This document shows, one piece after another, positions 10,023 through 19,612 of a DNA stretch of 64,000 bases. The DNA lies in the NCBI GenBank assembly GCA_963676565.1, contig OY781089.1, forward strand, positions 2,112,001 through 2,176,000. The letters are read 5' to 3'. Under the pieces are notes generated by a model. That model worked only from the letters and a program-made list of their open reading frames with translations, did not search any database and was not told the origin of the DNA. Made by a program: the position numbers and the translations under genes. Source of the stretch: Halarcobacter sp. Lineage in GTDB: Bacteria; Campylobacterota; Campylobacteria; Campylobacterales; Arcobacteraceae. How positions within the stretch are numbered: the first letter of the stretch is position 1; every line of letters begins with the position of its first letter.

Positions 10023-11186
10023 TTAAAAATCAAATTTTCTTTTCAATACAAAAAATACTTCTATAGTTTTATATTGTGAATAAATAAATGGAATCATTAG
10101 AAGAAAATATGCAATTGAATACTTATCAATTACATTATTATACGTTAATCCAAAATTAATAAAGAACATACCAAATACCATAAATGCAACACCTGGACAA
10201 ATCAATGCAAATGAGATTGATGATTTAGTATCATTACTATAAACATATTGTTCAAAGTAATTATTAATCTTCATAACTTTATACCCTAAAGCACCAAATA
10301 AAATCTGAATTGATAAAATAACTGAACTTAAGGTAAATAAAGATGATTTACTCATATGTGAATCAAAATTATGATCTAATCCAAATGAAACTCTAATCAT
10401 CATAATTCCAAGAAGTGTTAAAATTGGAATTAAAATCCATAATGATGGAGAAGCTTCAACTGAGATACCCTGTTCAAACATATTTTTAAATCCCATAGTA
10501 ATTTTAATAATTACAAGTAAAATTGCAACAGAACCAAAAAATAAAGCACCAAAAATACCAATAGCATTTATAACTAGATTATGACTCATTGCTCCAGGAG
10601 CTGCAAATCCAACAGAAACCATTGATAAAGAAAAGATTGATATCATTTGTGAAAGATTATTGTTTTTTGTAAAATCGAAATTACCATTTGTTAATATTCT
10701 AGAAAAATAGTTAAATAAAATTTTTAATGCATAATATCCACATGCCATAAAACCAATAATTGCAAAAGGAAACATATACTCAACTATACTCCATAATTTT
10801 GGTACAAAAACTGCACCTAAAACAAAACATACATTGATTGTCATTGCAAATGTTAAAGGAATCGTCATAAGAGTAATCTCTGAATTTGTTCCTATAAGAT
10901 TTTTATATGATTCTGTTTCTTTATATTTTTTAAATTGTTTTGTATTCCAAATAAGTAATTTAAAATGTAAATAAGCAAAGACAATGATAAAAACCAGTGA
11001 AAATACTATAACAAATGATAACCAAGTACCCTTTAATAGCTCTGGATATATAAAATCAAATGTAGCTAATGGAACACCTTTGTGGGGAACTAAAAACATT
11101 AAATACATAAAAAACGATACAGATAAACCACCAGCTCCTAATGCAGCTAGAAAACACATAGGATTGAACTTTTCCCTATATTCCAT
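10023..11186 (-). CDS. polytopic membrane protein, TsoY-like family (Cys form)
   Basis: About 10 TM segments; FLAALGAGGLSVSFFMYL and FALICPGVA motifs, family recalled from memory. Confidence 0.6.
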   Translation of the reverse strand: MEYREKFNPMCFLAALGAGGLSVSFFMYLMFLVPHKGVPLATFDFIYPELLKGTWLSFVIVFSLVFIIVFAYLHFKLLIWNTKQFKKYKETESYKNLIGTNSEITLMTIPLTFAMTINVCFVLGAVFVPKLWSIVEYMFPFAIIGFMACGYYALKILFNYFSRILTNGNFDFTKNNNLSQMISIFSLSMVSVGFAAPGAMSHNLVINAIGIFGALFFGSVAILLVIIKITMGFKNMFEQGISVEASPSLWILIPILTLLGIMMIRVSFGLDHNFDSHMSKSSLFTLSSVILSIQILFGALGYKVMKINNYFEQYVYSNDTKSSISFALICPGVAFMVFGMFFINFGLTYNNVIDKYSIAYFLLMIPFIYSQYKTIEVFFVLKRKFDF

Positions 11187-11275
11187 ATAAACCCTTTTAT
11201 TATAAATTTTTCCGAATAATACACAAAGAATTATTAAAAAAACATAAGTAAAAATAATAAGTTTAACTTATACTT

Positions 11276-12163
11276 ATGAAATATACAGAAAGATTTTTAA
11301 GAGCAATAAGGATAAAATTGCGAATGTATAAAATTTCAGTAGATAAAGAACTCTTTAAAAATATAAAATTTAAAAAAACGAAAATATTAGAAAAAGGAAC
11401 TTCTTTGTATTGGAAAAGAGAATTATTAGAACCAAGAATAGAAAATGACAAAATAAAATACACAATAAAACAACTTGATAAACTAAAAATCACTAATGGT
11501 TTAGGTGAAGATAAACCACAACTCATTATAGAGTGTGAAAGAGTTGACTACTCTTTTAAAAAAGATCTCTTTGAATTTCACCTTGGAAAAATACTAGAAC
11601 AAAAAAATACTGATATTCAAGAAGATTATAAAGATTCTTTAATAGAACAGTTATTAAGGGAAAAAGCTGCCCTAGAAGATAATATGAACAAAGATCATTT
11701 AACACAAGTTTATAATAGAAGAAAAATGGAAGCAGATTTAGACCTTTTTGTAAATCAAAATAATTCAGACTTACTATGTACCGTGTTTGTGGATGCAGAT
11801 AGATTTAAAGGTATTAATGATAATTTTGGTCATGATGCTGGTGATAGGGTTTTGATTTATCTTGCCAAAAAGTTAGAAAAATATGCAAGAATTTTAAATG
11901 GTGAAGTTTATAGATATGGTGGGGAAGAGTTTGTTATTTTATGTTTTATAAAAAAATCTGAGTTGATTTCAAAACTAAACGATTTAAGAGCAGAAATAAA
12001 AGCTCAAAGGATATATCATAAGATAAGAGACATATCTATTAGTGTTAGTATGGGAATCTCTTTTTATAGTGAATGTAACTCAAAAGATGAAATGATTATT
12101 AAAGCTGATAAAGGTGTTTATAAAGCAAAAAGTAATGGAAGAGATAGGGTAGAGTTTGGTTAG
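11276..12163 (+). CDS. diguanylate cyclase (GGDEF) with unrecognised soluble N-terminal domain
   Basis: DHLTQVYNRR, DADRFKGINDNFGHDAGD, RYGGEEF. Confidence 0.9.
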   Translation: MKYTERFLRAIRIKLRMYKISVDKELFKNIKFKKTKILEKGTSLYWKRELLEPRIENDKIKYTIKQLDKLKITNGLGEDKPQLIIECERVDYSFKKDLFEFHLGKILEQKNTDIQEDYKDSLIEQLLREKAALEDNMNKDHLTQVYNRRKMEADLDLFVNQNNSDLLCTVFVDADRFKGINDNFGHDAGDRVLIYLAKKLEKYARILNGEVYRYGGEEFVILCFIKKSELISKLNDLRAEIKAQRIYHKIRDISISVSMGISFYSECNSKDEMIIKADKGVYKAKSNGRDRVEFG

Positions 12164-12167
12164 TATT

Positions 12168-12185
12168 GTAGAGATTCCTCTCTAC
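12168..12185. terminator. terminator-like hairpin between convergent genes
   Basis: gtagaga-ttcc-tctctac. Confidence 0.5.
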
Positions 12186-12189
12186 CTTA

Positions 12190-12465
12190 CTATTTACCTA
12201 TTTTTTCTGCAATCGCTTGAATATCAGCGTCAGAAAGACCTGTAACTTGTGGTTTCATAATTGCTTTCATTGGACCACCATAAGTTCCATCTTGATACCC
12301 TTTTAATGAATCAATAATCTCTTGTTTAGTCATATCTTTCATTATTTTAGATTTTCCTAAAGCAACTTTTTCTCCATTGGCACCATGACATGCAACACAT
12401 TTAGCATAAGGGTTTGCAAAAGCAGCTCCAGCTAATATTGCAGTTAAAATTAAAACTTTCTTCAT
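12190..12465 (-). CDS. periplasmic monohaem cytochrome c (c553-like)
   Basis: Signal peptide, CVACH haem motif, YGGPMKAIM distal Met. Confidence 0.92.
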   Translation of the reverse strand: MKKVLILTAILAGAAFANPYAKCVACHGANGEKVALGKSKIMKDMTKQEIIDSLKGYQDGTYGGPMKAIMKPQVTGLSDADIQAIAEKIGK

Positions 12466-12493
12466 TATCTTCTCCTTAAATTTTATTTTTAAA

Positions 12494-12535
12494 ATTATAA
12501 TTAAAAATTGTAGAATAAAAATGGACTTATGTCAA
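12494..12535 (-). promoter_or_regulatory. cytochrome c promoter: TTGACA-17-TACAAT, plus a second TATAAT and an overlapping Crp/Fnr-like near-palindrome
   Basis: Minus strand reads TTGACAtaagtccatttttattcTACAATttttaatTATAAT; TTGAC-ataa-GTCCA is a one-mismatch palindrome. Confidence 0.55.
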
Positions 12536-12584
12536 GAAAAAAATAATTATTTTTTAAAAAAGTATAGTATTTTTTTATACTATA

Positions 12585-14162
12585 CTATTTTAAAGAGTCT
12601 AATAATTCTGCTTTTAATTCCTCTTTATTGATTTTATTCTTATCACTTGGAATTAAAGGAAGTGATTTTTTATAAATTATTCTATTAGGAATCATATAAG
12701 AAGCTAGATGATTTTTAAGTTCAAAAGTTATCTCTTTTGGAGGGATTTCACTTCTAGAACTATAAACCATAACTATCTCTTCTTCAATTTCATCATTTGG
12801 AATTGAGAATATTGCACATTGCTCAATTTGTGGAAAATTCTTTTCAACAACTGATTCAACCTCAAAAGGACTTACTCTAAATCCTCTAGTTTTAATCATG
12901 TCATCTCTTCTACTTACAAAATAGAAATATCCCTCTTCATCTTTATAAACATAATCTCCTGTTGCAACAACAATTTCATCTCTTAATTGTCCATCTAAAT
13001 TGATTACATTTTTTAAAATTTGAATCGATTTAAATCTTTGAGCCGTTTCAATTGGAGCATTCCAAAAACCTTTGTAGATATATCCACCTCTGTGGATTAA
13101 TTCACCCACTTCTCTTGGTTTACACTCATATCCCTCTTCATTTATAACATATAATTCTACGTCTGGAATAGCTTTTCCAATCGATTCAGGTCTAATATTT
13201 ATTTGTGATGGTTCTAAATATGTAGATCTAAATGCCTCTGTTAAACCATGCATTGAATAAAAGTTAACTTGAGGAAAATATCTTTGGATATTTTTTACCA
13301 TTTTAGGTGTTACATTTCCACCTGAAGAGGTAATAGTTTTTACATTAGCTAATAATTCAGGACTTGGTATTCTATGTTCATCTTCATCAAACATTGCATT
13401 TATAGTCACAGGCATCATAGCTACAACTGTTACATTATCATTTATTAAATGGTTGAAAAAATCTCCTGGTAAAATAAATCTATGTAATGCTAATGTTGCT
13501 CTTTTGTAAAGTGAACAAAAAATTTGATTTAAACCATAATCTAGATTAAAAATTAAAATTCCAGAAAGGACATCATCCTCTTGTAAATCTAAATATGAAG
13601 AAACAACCCTTGCACTATCAATTAAGTTTCTATGAGATATTACAATACCTTTAGGTGTTCCTGTTAATCCAAAAGAATAAGTTATTACAGCATTATCATG
13701 ACCATTTACTGTAGTTTCATATGGTTTTTTATAGTATTTAAAAATCTCTTCAAAAGAAGGGATATCTTTATGGGCAGTTTCGTATGAGATAATATGTCCA
13801 TCAAAATTAATTGATTCAATAGATTCAAGTTTTAATTTATCAGTAATAATACATCTAATATCACAATCATTGATTATGTATTCCACCTGTTCACTTTTAA
13901 GTAACTTTGTAAGTGGTACAAGCACATAATTGGTAGATAATATAGCTAGTATTGCTATAACTTGGTCCATACCTTTATTTGAGTAGATACCAATTCTACT
14001 CCCTGCTGGTAAATCTAACTCTTTTAAATAAAAAGCAATTTGATTAACTTTTTTTAATAACTCTTCATAAGTAATAGATTTCTCATTGTGTTTTATTGCT
14101 ATTTTATCACTATGTGTTAACGCAGCACTTTCAATTAATGATCTTATACAATTTATTGACAT
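12585..14162 (-). CDS. ANL-superfamily AMP-forming ligase / adenylation enzyme
   Basis: YSFGLTGTPKG (divergent A3), HGLTEAFRSTYL (A5), TGD (A7), RRDDMIKTRGFRVSPFEVE (A8). Confidence 0.88.
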   Translation of the reverse strand: MSINCIRSLIESAALTHSDKIAIKHNEKSITYEELLKKVNQIAFYLKELDLPAGSRIGIYSNKGMDQVIAILAILSTNYVLVPLTKLLKSEQVEYIINDCDIRCIITDKLKLESIESINFDGHIISYETAHKDIPSFEEIFKYYKKPYETTVNGHDNAVITYSFGLTGTPKGIVISHRNLIDSARVVSSYLDLQEDDVLSGILIFNLDYGLNQIFCSLYKRATLALHRFILPGDFFNHLINDNVTVVAMMPVTINAMFDEDEHRIPSPELLANVKTITSSGGNVTPKMVKNIQRYFPQVNFYSMHGLTEAFRSTYLEPSQINIRPESIGKAIPDVELYVINEEGYECKPREVGELIHRGGYIYKGFWNAPIETAQRFKSIQILKNVINLDGQLRDEIVVATGDYVYKDEEGYFYFVSRRDDMIKTRGFRVSPFEVESVVEKNFPQIEQCAIFSIPNDEIEEEIVMVYSSRSEIPPKEITFELKNHLASYMIPNRIIYKKSLPLIPSDKNKINKEELKAELLDSLK

Positions 14163-14174
14163 CTTATTGCTCCT

Positions 14175-15362
14175 TTATTTATTCATACCCAAAGTCCAAA
14201 TATCATAATTGTTATCCATTACAATAGTTGGGTTGTGGTTAGAGTTTAGAATCTTCTTATAGAAAAATGATACTATATCTTCTATTTCCTCTTGCTTGAG
14301 AACTTTTGTAATTCCACCTGTTAGTACAATAGAATTAAGTACATTTAGTTTTAAATTAACATAGGCTTTTCTAAAAGTTGAAACTTTACATAAAACTAAG
14401 AATATTGCTAATTGCATCAGAATTCTAGTGCTTTTTTCACTTTTCTCATCAAAAATATTTTCAGTAACTTTTAAATGTGCTAGTAATTCATAAACAAACT
14501 CATTGTTTTTTGCTGCAAAGATTAATGATTCCCTTGATTTATATACACCAAGTTTTTTAAATACTAATCTATCATATTCATTTTGAGTTACCATATTTTC
14601 ATCAACTAAGTCTTTTGAATAGTGGATATCAGTAGTTGCTCCACCAATATCTATCAAGATATAAGGATTAGCAACTTTAAATTTACCATCTATCATTGGT
14701 AAAGTTTTATTAACAATATATGGTGTTGAGTAGATTTGATTTGATGTAATATCATATAGACTTTTAATATCTTCTTTTCCCATAATATCAGCTTGATAAA
14801 GGTTTGTTAAATACTCTTTTAAATGTTCCTCTTCAACATGAAGTCTATTTGTAATAATATTTGGAAGAACAACAAGGTTTTTTATTTTTTCTTTTAAAGA
14901 AGGAGCTTCTTTTGAGCTTCCAACATATACAATATTTGAATATTTTATTTTCTCAAGGTATTCAAATAGTTTTTCATCAAAAATATTAGAAACAGAGTCG
15001 ATCCCCCCAACAATAATTACTACATCGATTAAATCACTTGGAATTGAAGTTTTTTCAATATCTTTATATAAAACAGTATCAATAATATTAATACCTGAAT
15101 TAAAGGCGATATTAGTAGCATATTTTAAAGAAAAAGAGTTTGTAACACCGATGATTAATGTACTTAAACCACCATTTGCCGATGAACAAATATATACATC
15201 ATCTTTTTTATAATTATGGATTGTATCACCACATTTATATGTTAAATCATCATAAATATCTTTATTAAAGTCTCTAAAATGTTGCTCAACTCCATGTACT
15301 GTACATACTTTAAAATATGTACTTCCCACATCAATTAATAATTTATCATTTATTTCACTCAT
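14175..15362 (-). CDS. glmL: glutamate mutase reactivating factor GlmL (ASKHA ATPase fold)
   Basis: LIDVGSTYFK, CSSANGGL, IDIGGATTDIH; follows glmE. Start moved to the ATG preceded by AAGGA (ORF track start 15377). Confidence 0.85.
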   Translation of the reverse strand: MSEINDKLLIDVGSTYFKVCTVHGVEQHFRDFNKDIYDDLTYKCGDTIHNYKKDDVYICSSANGGLSTLIIGVTNSFSLKYATNIAFNSGINIIDTVLYKDIEKTSIPSDLIDVVIIVGGIDSVSNIFDEKLFEYLEKIKYSNIVYVGSSKEAPSLKEKIKNLVVLPNIITNRLHVEEEHLKEYLTNLYQADIMGKEDIKSLYDITSNQIYSTPYIVNKTLPMIDGKFKVANPYILIDIGGATTDIHYSKDLVDENMVTQNEYDRLVFKKLGVYKSRESLIFAAKNNEFVYELLAHLKVTENIFDEKSEKSTRILMQLAIFLVLCKVSTFRKAYVNLKLNVLNSIVLTGGITKVLKQEEIEDIVSFFYKKILNSNHNPTIVMDNNYDIWTLGMNK

Positions 15363-15370
15363 ATTCATCC

Positions 15371-16738
15371 TTACCACTGCATAATACCGATATCATGGAT
15401 AATATCGTTTACAATTGATGTAGTATCTTTTTTCAAATCACATTGAGATTTTTCATATTCAAAACATCTGTCTGGAATTGGAACTTTACCTCTATCTATT
15501 ATTCTAATGTTTTTATTTTTATCTCTAATTGTAATCATGTTATTGTGATTAATAATATGTGGAGAGAATGGTACATCAATTGTTCCATTTTTGATTGAAT
15601 TAAATACTTTTCTCCATAAAGTGTCTGCAGGATCATTAAATACTGCTTCCATAATGGCCATAACTTCTGCTGTTAGGTTTTCCTCTTCCTCTTGGTCTAC
15701 AATATTTGGTAAACCATTTAAGATTCTAAGTAAGTATTGAGTATTTGCAACAGTTTCTGCATTTGCTTCTTTTGTTGGGATTCCTGAAGCTTCTTGTTTT
15801 GTTTTTGTAATAATTTTATCAGCTCCAACCATTGAAGCAATAACCGTACTCATAGAGATTAGTTGAGTTGCATAGTTTTGATCTTCCGGAAATGCACCCA
15901 TCCATTGGTGATAAACAAGGTGAATATCCGCATCTTCACACCCAATCTCATTAGCATAATATTTTGCCATTTTCTTTAAAACTGCAGCTGTTACAATATC
16001 TTGATTCATTGAACCTTGTTGTGAAAAAGAAACAGAAAATGATTTAACTCCCTCTTCAAGAGAAAGTAACATCTCTAAAAGTTGTATAACAATAGTAATA
16101 CAAGGTGGGACTAAAGTAGCAGTTAGTGGTCCAAATGATTCTCTATTTATTGGTTCATTTAGTTTTGAATATTGTGCACATACTCTTTCTACATATTTCC
16201 AGTATAAAAATGCTTTGTCTAATGGGAAATTTTTAGAGTAGGGTAAAAGGTAAGTTATTGGACCACCTTCAATCTCAAAAATACCAGAAGCTATTGCCGT
16301 TTCAATTAAAAGTCTTGCATCCGGAGTACCATGTCTTAATGAAATAGGCTTATTAAAGTGAGTCATCATTTTTCTAGTAGTTCTATATCCATGGTTAATT
16401 AAAGGATAACCATTTAACATATCAACTTCACTCTCTTCACTAAGTCTAAGCATCTTTTTAGAGGTTGCATAATCATTTAATCTTGTATTAGAATCGATTG
16501 TACAAGGAAGAACATCAACATCAGCATCATTAAAAAACTCATATAAAGCAAACATTTTATTGTATGTAGGAAAACCACCTCTTGGTTGTACTAACATTTT
16601 ATTTTTTGTTTTGAAATTATAAGAGATAAACAAATCTTTTGAAGCATTTTTAACAAAGTCTTCAACTTCTGCAAAATCAAAATTATCTACATATTCATTG
16701 TTTAAAATAATATTTCTTTCTTCTTGAAGTAAACTCAT
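15371..16738 (-). CDS. glmE: methylaspartate (glutamate) mutase large subunit E
   Basis: VQPRGG, TIDSNTR, LNGYPLINHG, RHGTPD, EGGPITY, NRESFGPL, HQWMGAFP. Confidence 0.92.
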   Translation of the reverse strand: MSLLQEERNIILNNEYVDNFDFAEVEDFVKNASKDLFISYNFKTKNKMLVQPRGGFPTYNKMFALYEFFNDADVDVLPCTIDSNTRLNDYATSKKMLRLSEESEVDMLNGYPLINHGYRTTRKMMTHFNKPISLRHGTPDARLLIETAIASGIFEIEGGPITYLLPYSKNFPLDKAFLYWKYVERVCAQYSKLNEPINRESFGPLTATLVPPCITIVIQLLEMLLSLEEGVKSFSVSFSQQGSMNQDIVTAAVLKKMAKYYANEIGCEDADIHLVYHQWMGAFPEDQNYATQLISMSTVIASMVGADKIITKTKQEASGIPTKEANAETVANTQYLLRILNGLPNIVDQEEEENLTAEVMAIMEAVFNDPADTLWRKVFNSIKNGTIDVPFSPHIINHNNMITIRDKNKNIRIIDRGKVPIPDRCFEYEKSQCDLKKDTTSIVNDIIHDIGIMQW

Positions 16739-17148
16739 TATTTTCTTCCTTCCATGAATTTTTCAAGTTCATCTAAACCAGTATTTAAATCTACTTGGTG
16801 AAATACTAAATCAAAACCATAATTTTTAAATTTTGGAACAATATCATCAGCATACCCTGTACCAACTACTAAGTTACCACCAATCATGAATACAACATTA
16901 TCCAATAAGTTACCATATTGAGCTTTTAAGATTCTAAGCTCTCTTGCCCAACCCTCTGCTTCACCATTAAGTGATGAAATTAATAAAATATCAGCATTTG
17001 TTTCAATCACTGCATCAATAAACTCTTCTAAGTAAGTATTTACACCTAAGTTGAATACTTCGAATCCTCTTGCTTGCAGTGAAAGTTCTATAAGTCTATT
17101 TGCTACTACGTGGATATCATTTCCCACTACGCCAGTTACTACTTTCAT
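16738..17148 (-). CDS. glmS: methylaspartate (glutamate) mutase cobalamin-binding subunit S (not glucosamine-6-phosphate synthase)
   Basis: GVVGNDIHVVA (DxH B12 ligand), SSLNG, IGGNL; stop overlaps glmE start. Confidence 0.92.
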   Translation of the reverse strand: MKVVTGVVGNDIHVVANRLIELSLQARGFEVFNLGVNTYLEEFIDAVIETNADILLISSLNGEAEGWARELRILKAQYGNLLDNVVFMIGGNLVVGTGYADDIVPKFKNYGFDLVFHQVDLNTGLDELEKFMEGRK

Positions 17149-17210
17149 GTACTTTACCTGTTATTATAATTGTTAAAAAGGTGATTATGTTATCTAAAAA
17201 AGAGTAAAAA

Positions 17211-18434
17211 TTAGATTAAGGTATTTACTTGGTTTCTTCCGTTGTTTTTTGATTTATAAAGGGCATTGTCAGCTCTATTTAAAACATCATCAACATTGTC
17301 ACCTTTTTTATATTGGCTAACTCCAAAACTTGCAGTTATATTTTGGAATATTTTAAAGTCATGTTTTTCAATATGGCTTTTAAGTTTTAGTGCCACACTT
17401 TCGCCAACAGTTAAGTTTGAATTAGGGCATATAATTAAAAATTCTTCGCCACCCCACCTTCCTACATAATCAACTTTTCTTGTTTGTTGTTTCAGAATTT
17501 TTGAAATCTCTACAAGGATTTTATCCCCTGTTAAATGACCAAACTGATCATTAATATTTTTAAAATAATCAACATCTAAAATTATCAATGAGAATTCAAT
17601 ATTATATCTTTGGGCATAAGAAAGCTCTTTTTCCAATAGATTATCTAGTTGCCGTCTATTGAAAACATTTGTTAATGTATCTTTGATAGATAGGTTTTCA
17701 ATAATTTTTTTATCTGTAATATCTTGATTTATTGTGGTATAGCATTTGACATTTCCTAATTCATCAAATGTAGGTGAAATAAGAAGTTTTATCCAAAATT
17801 CACTTCCATCTTTTCTAAGGTTTTTAATCTCACCATCCCATCTTTTACCTGAAGTTACAGTTTTCCACATATCTCTATATAAAGTTCGTGGTGTATCAGG
17901 GTGCTTTAGAATACTGTGTTTTTTTCCTATTAACTCATTTTTTTGATAACCAGTTATATTGCAGTAAGCAGTAGAAATACTTGTTATAATTCCCCGTGTA
18001 TCTGTTGTTGAGATAATTACATTTTTATCGATAATATCAACATATTCATTAACACTATTTTTGTTTTTTACTTCTTTTGTTATATTTTCAATAAAACCAT
18101 AAATATATTCAATATTTCCATCATCATCTTTTTTAAGTATTTTTGCTCTAGATGAAAAATATTTTATTTCATCTCTTTTTTTATCTAAAAATGGAAAGAT
18201 TTTAGAATATTCATAATCTTTAGATTTTAAACAATCTTTAAAATCATCAAAGAAATCACAGGAGTTGATAGGGTGTTTATTTTTGTTATTTGCTAAATTG
18301 AAATTTTCTGACATTAGTTTATTGCAATAGAAATACTCAGGGTCATTTTTACAGTCAATCAACCACCAAGCTATATCAGAAAAGTTAAGGATTTGTTGAA
18401 TATTTTCAAGGTATGCATCAAGCAAATTTTTCAT
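17211..18434 (-). CDS. PAS-GGDEF diguanylate cyclase
   Basis: PAS/PAC domain; DTLTNVFNRR, FKNINDQFGHLTGD, RKVD I-site, RWGGEEF. Confidence 0.92.
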   Translation of the reverse strand: MKNLLDAYLENIQQILNFSDIAWWLIDCKNDPEYFYCNKLMSENFNLANNKNKHPINSCDFFDDFKDCLKSKDYEYSKIFPFLDKKRDEIKYFSSRAKILKKDDDGNIEYIYGFIENITKEVKNKNSVNEYVDIIDKNVIISTTDTRGIITSISTAYCNITGYQKNELIGKKHSILKHPDTPRTLYRDMWKTVTSGKRWDGEIKNLRKDGSEFWIKLLISPTFDELGNVKCYTTINQDITDKKIIENLSIKDTLTNVFNRRQLDNLLEKELSYAQRYNIEFSLIILDVDYFKNINDQFGHLTGDKILVEISKILKQQTRKVDYVGRWGGEEFLIICPNSNLTVGESVALKLKSHIEKHDFKIFQNITASFGVSQYKKGDNVDDVLNRADNALYKSKNNGRNQVNTLI

Positions 18435-18510
18435 GAAGAGCAGTATACAATAATTATTATTACTTTTATATAACTTTTAAATAATTTTTTTAAAAATAAA
18501 GAAAAACTTT

Positions 18511-19548
18511 TTAAATAAATTTATTTATTATGATTTTAAAGGTGGTATTTTGTTTATCTGACTTAACTTTTAATTCCCCTTTAAAATGTTTTTCTATGAT
18601 GGTTTTACACATATAAAGTCCTAAACCTGTACCATTCCTCTTTTCTTTTGTTGTAAAATATGGATCAAATATCTTATCAATTATATCTTTTGGAATTCCA
18701 CCAGCATTATCTTTTATAATAATTATTTGGGCATTGTGATTTTCTTTATAACTAATATTAATGCTTGGATTTTTTATCTCATTTTCATTAAAAGCGTCAT
18801 TTGAGTTATTTAGTATATTTAATATAACTTGTAAGAGTTCATTTTTGTAAATATGTAGTTTGTTTAATTTAGTATTTTTAGTATTTGTAATTTTTACATT
18901 TGATAAGGGTTTGTTTAACATTTCTAAAGAGACATCAACTACATAATCTAGAGAAACATACATTTTTTCTTTATCTTTTTTGAAGAAATTTCTAAAATCA
19001 TCAATTGTTTCAGACATATAAATAATATATTTATCCATATCAACTAGTTTATTTTGTAAACTCTCTTTATCTACTTTGTCAATTTCAAGTCTAAATTTTA
19101 AGTTTGAAATTGCAGCTGCAATTGAAGCTAAGGGTTGTTTCCATTGGTGCGCAATCATGGAAATCATTTCACCCATTGCTGCCATTCTAGATTGTTCTAT
19201 TAGTAAACTTTCATTTTGTTTTAATTCAGTTAAGTTAAGTACATATAAAATTTTGTAAGATCTATTTTCATATTCAAAATCTTTAATTTTTATAATAGCT
19301 GGAACAATTTCTGCATTTTTTGAAAATAATGAAACCTCTTCATAAACATCATTATTAAATTCTAAATATTTCTTATTTATATTTGGGATTAAAATACCAG
19401 TAGCTAATTTATTTATTAATTCCTCTTTTGTCTCATACTTTAATATATCGAGCATGGCATTATTTATATTTTTAATAAAACCATCTTCTATTATAATAAT
19501 TCCTTCGATTGTATTATTAAATAAAGTATTTAAATATTTATTATTCAT
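18511..19548 (-). CDS. PAS-domain sensor histidine kinase
   Basis: N-terminal PAS, IAHQWKQPL, DNAGG, GTGLGL. Confidence 0.9.
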   Translation of the reverse strand: MNNKYLNTLFNNTIEGIIIIEDGFIKNINNAMLDILKYETKEELINKLATGILIPNINKKYLEFNNDVYEEVSLFSKNAEIVPAIIKIKDFEYENRSYKILYVLNLTELKQNESLLIEQSRMAAMGEMISMIAHQWKQPLASIAAAISNLKFRLEIDKVDKESLQNKLVDMDKYIIYMSETIDDFRNFFKKDKEKMYVSLDYVVDVSLEMLNKPLSNVKITNTKNTKLNKLHIYKNELLQVILNILNNSNDAFNENEIKNPSINISYKENHNAQIIIIKDNAGGIPKDIIDKIFDPYFTTKEKRNGTGLGLYMCKTIIEKHFKGELKVKSDKQNTTFKIIINKFI

Positions 19549-19612
19549 TATATTTATACCTTTTATAAATTATTTTTGTAGTATAATTTAATAATTCTTT
19601 TTGGGAGATAAA

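Noticed and set aside
17149..17210. Cobalamin riboswitch upstream of glutamate mutase
   Set aside because: The gap is only 62 nt, AT-rich, has a TATAAT close to the start codon and shows no B12-box.
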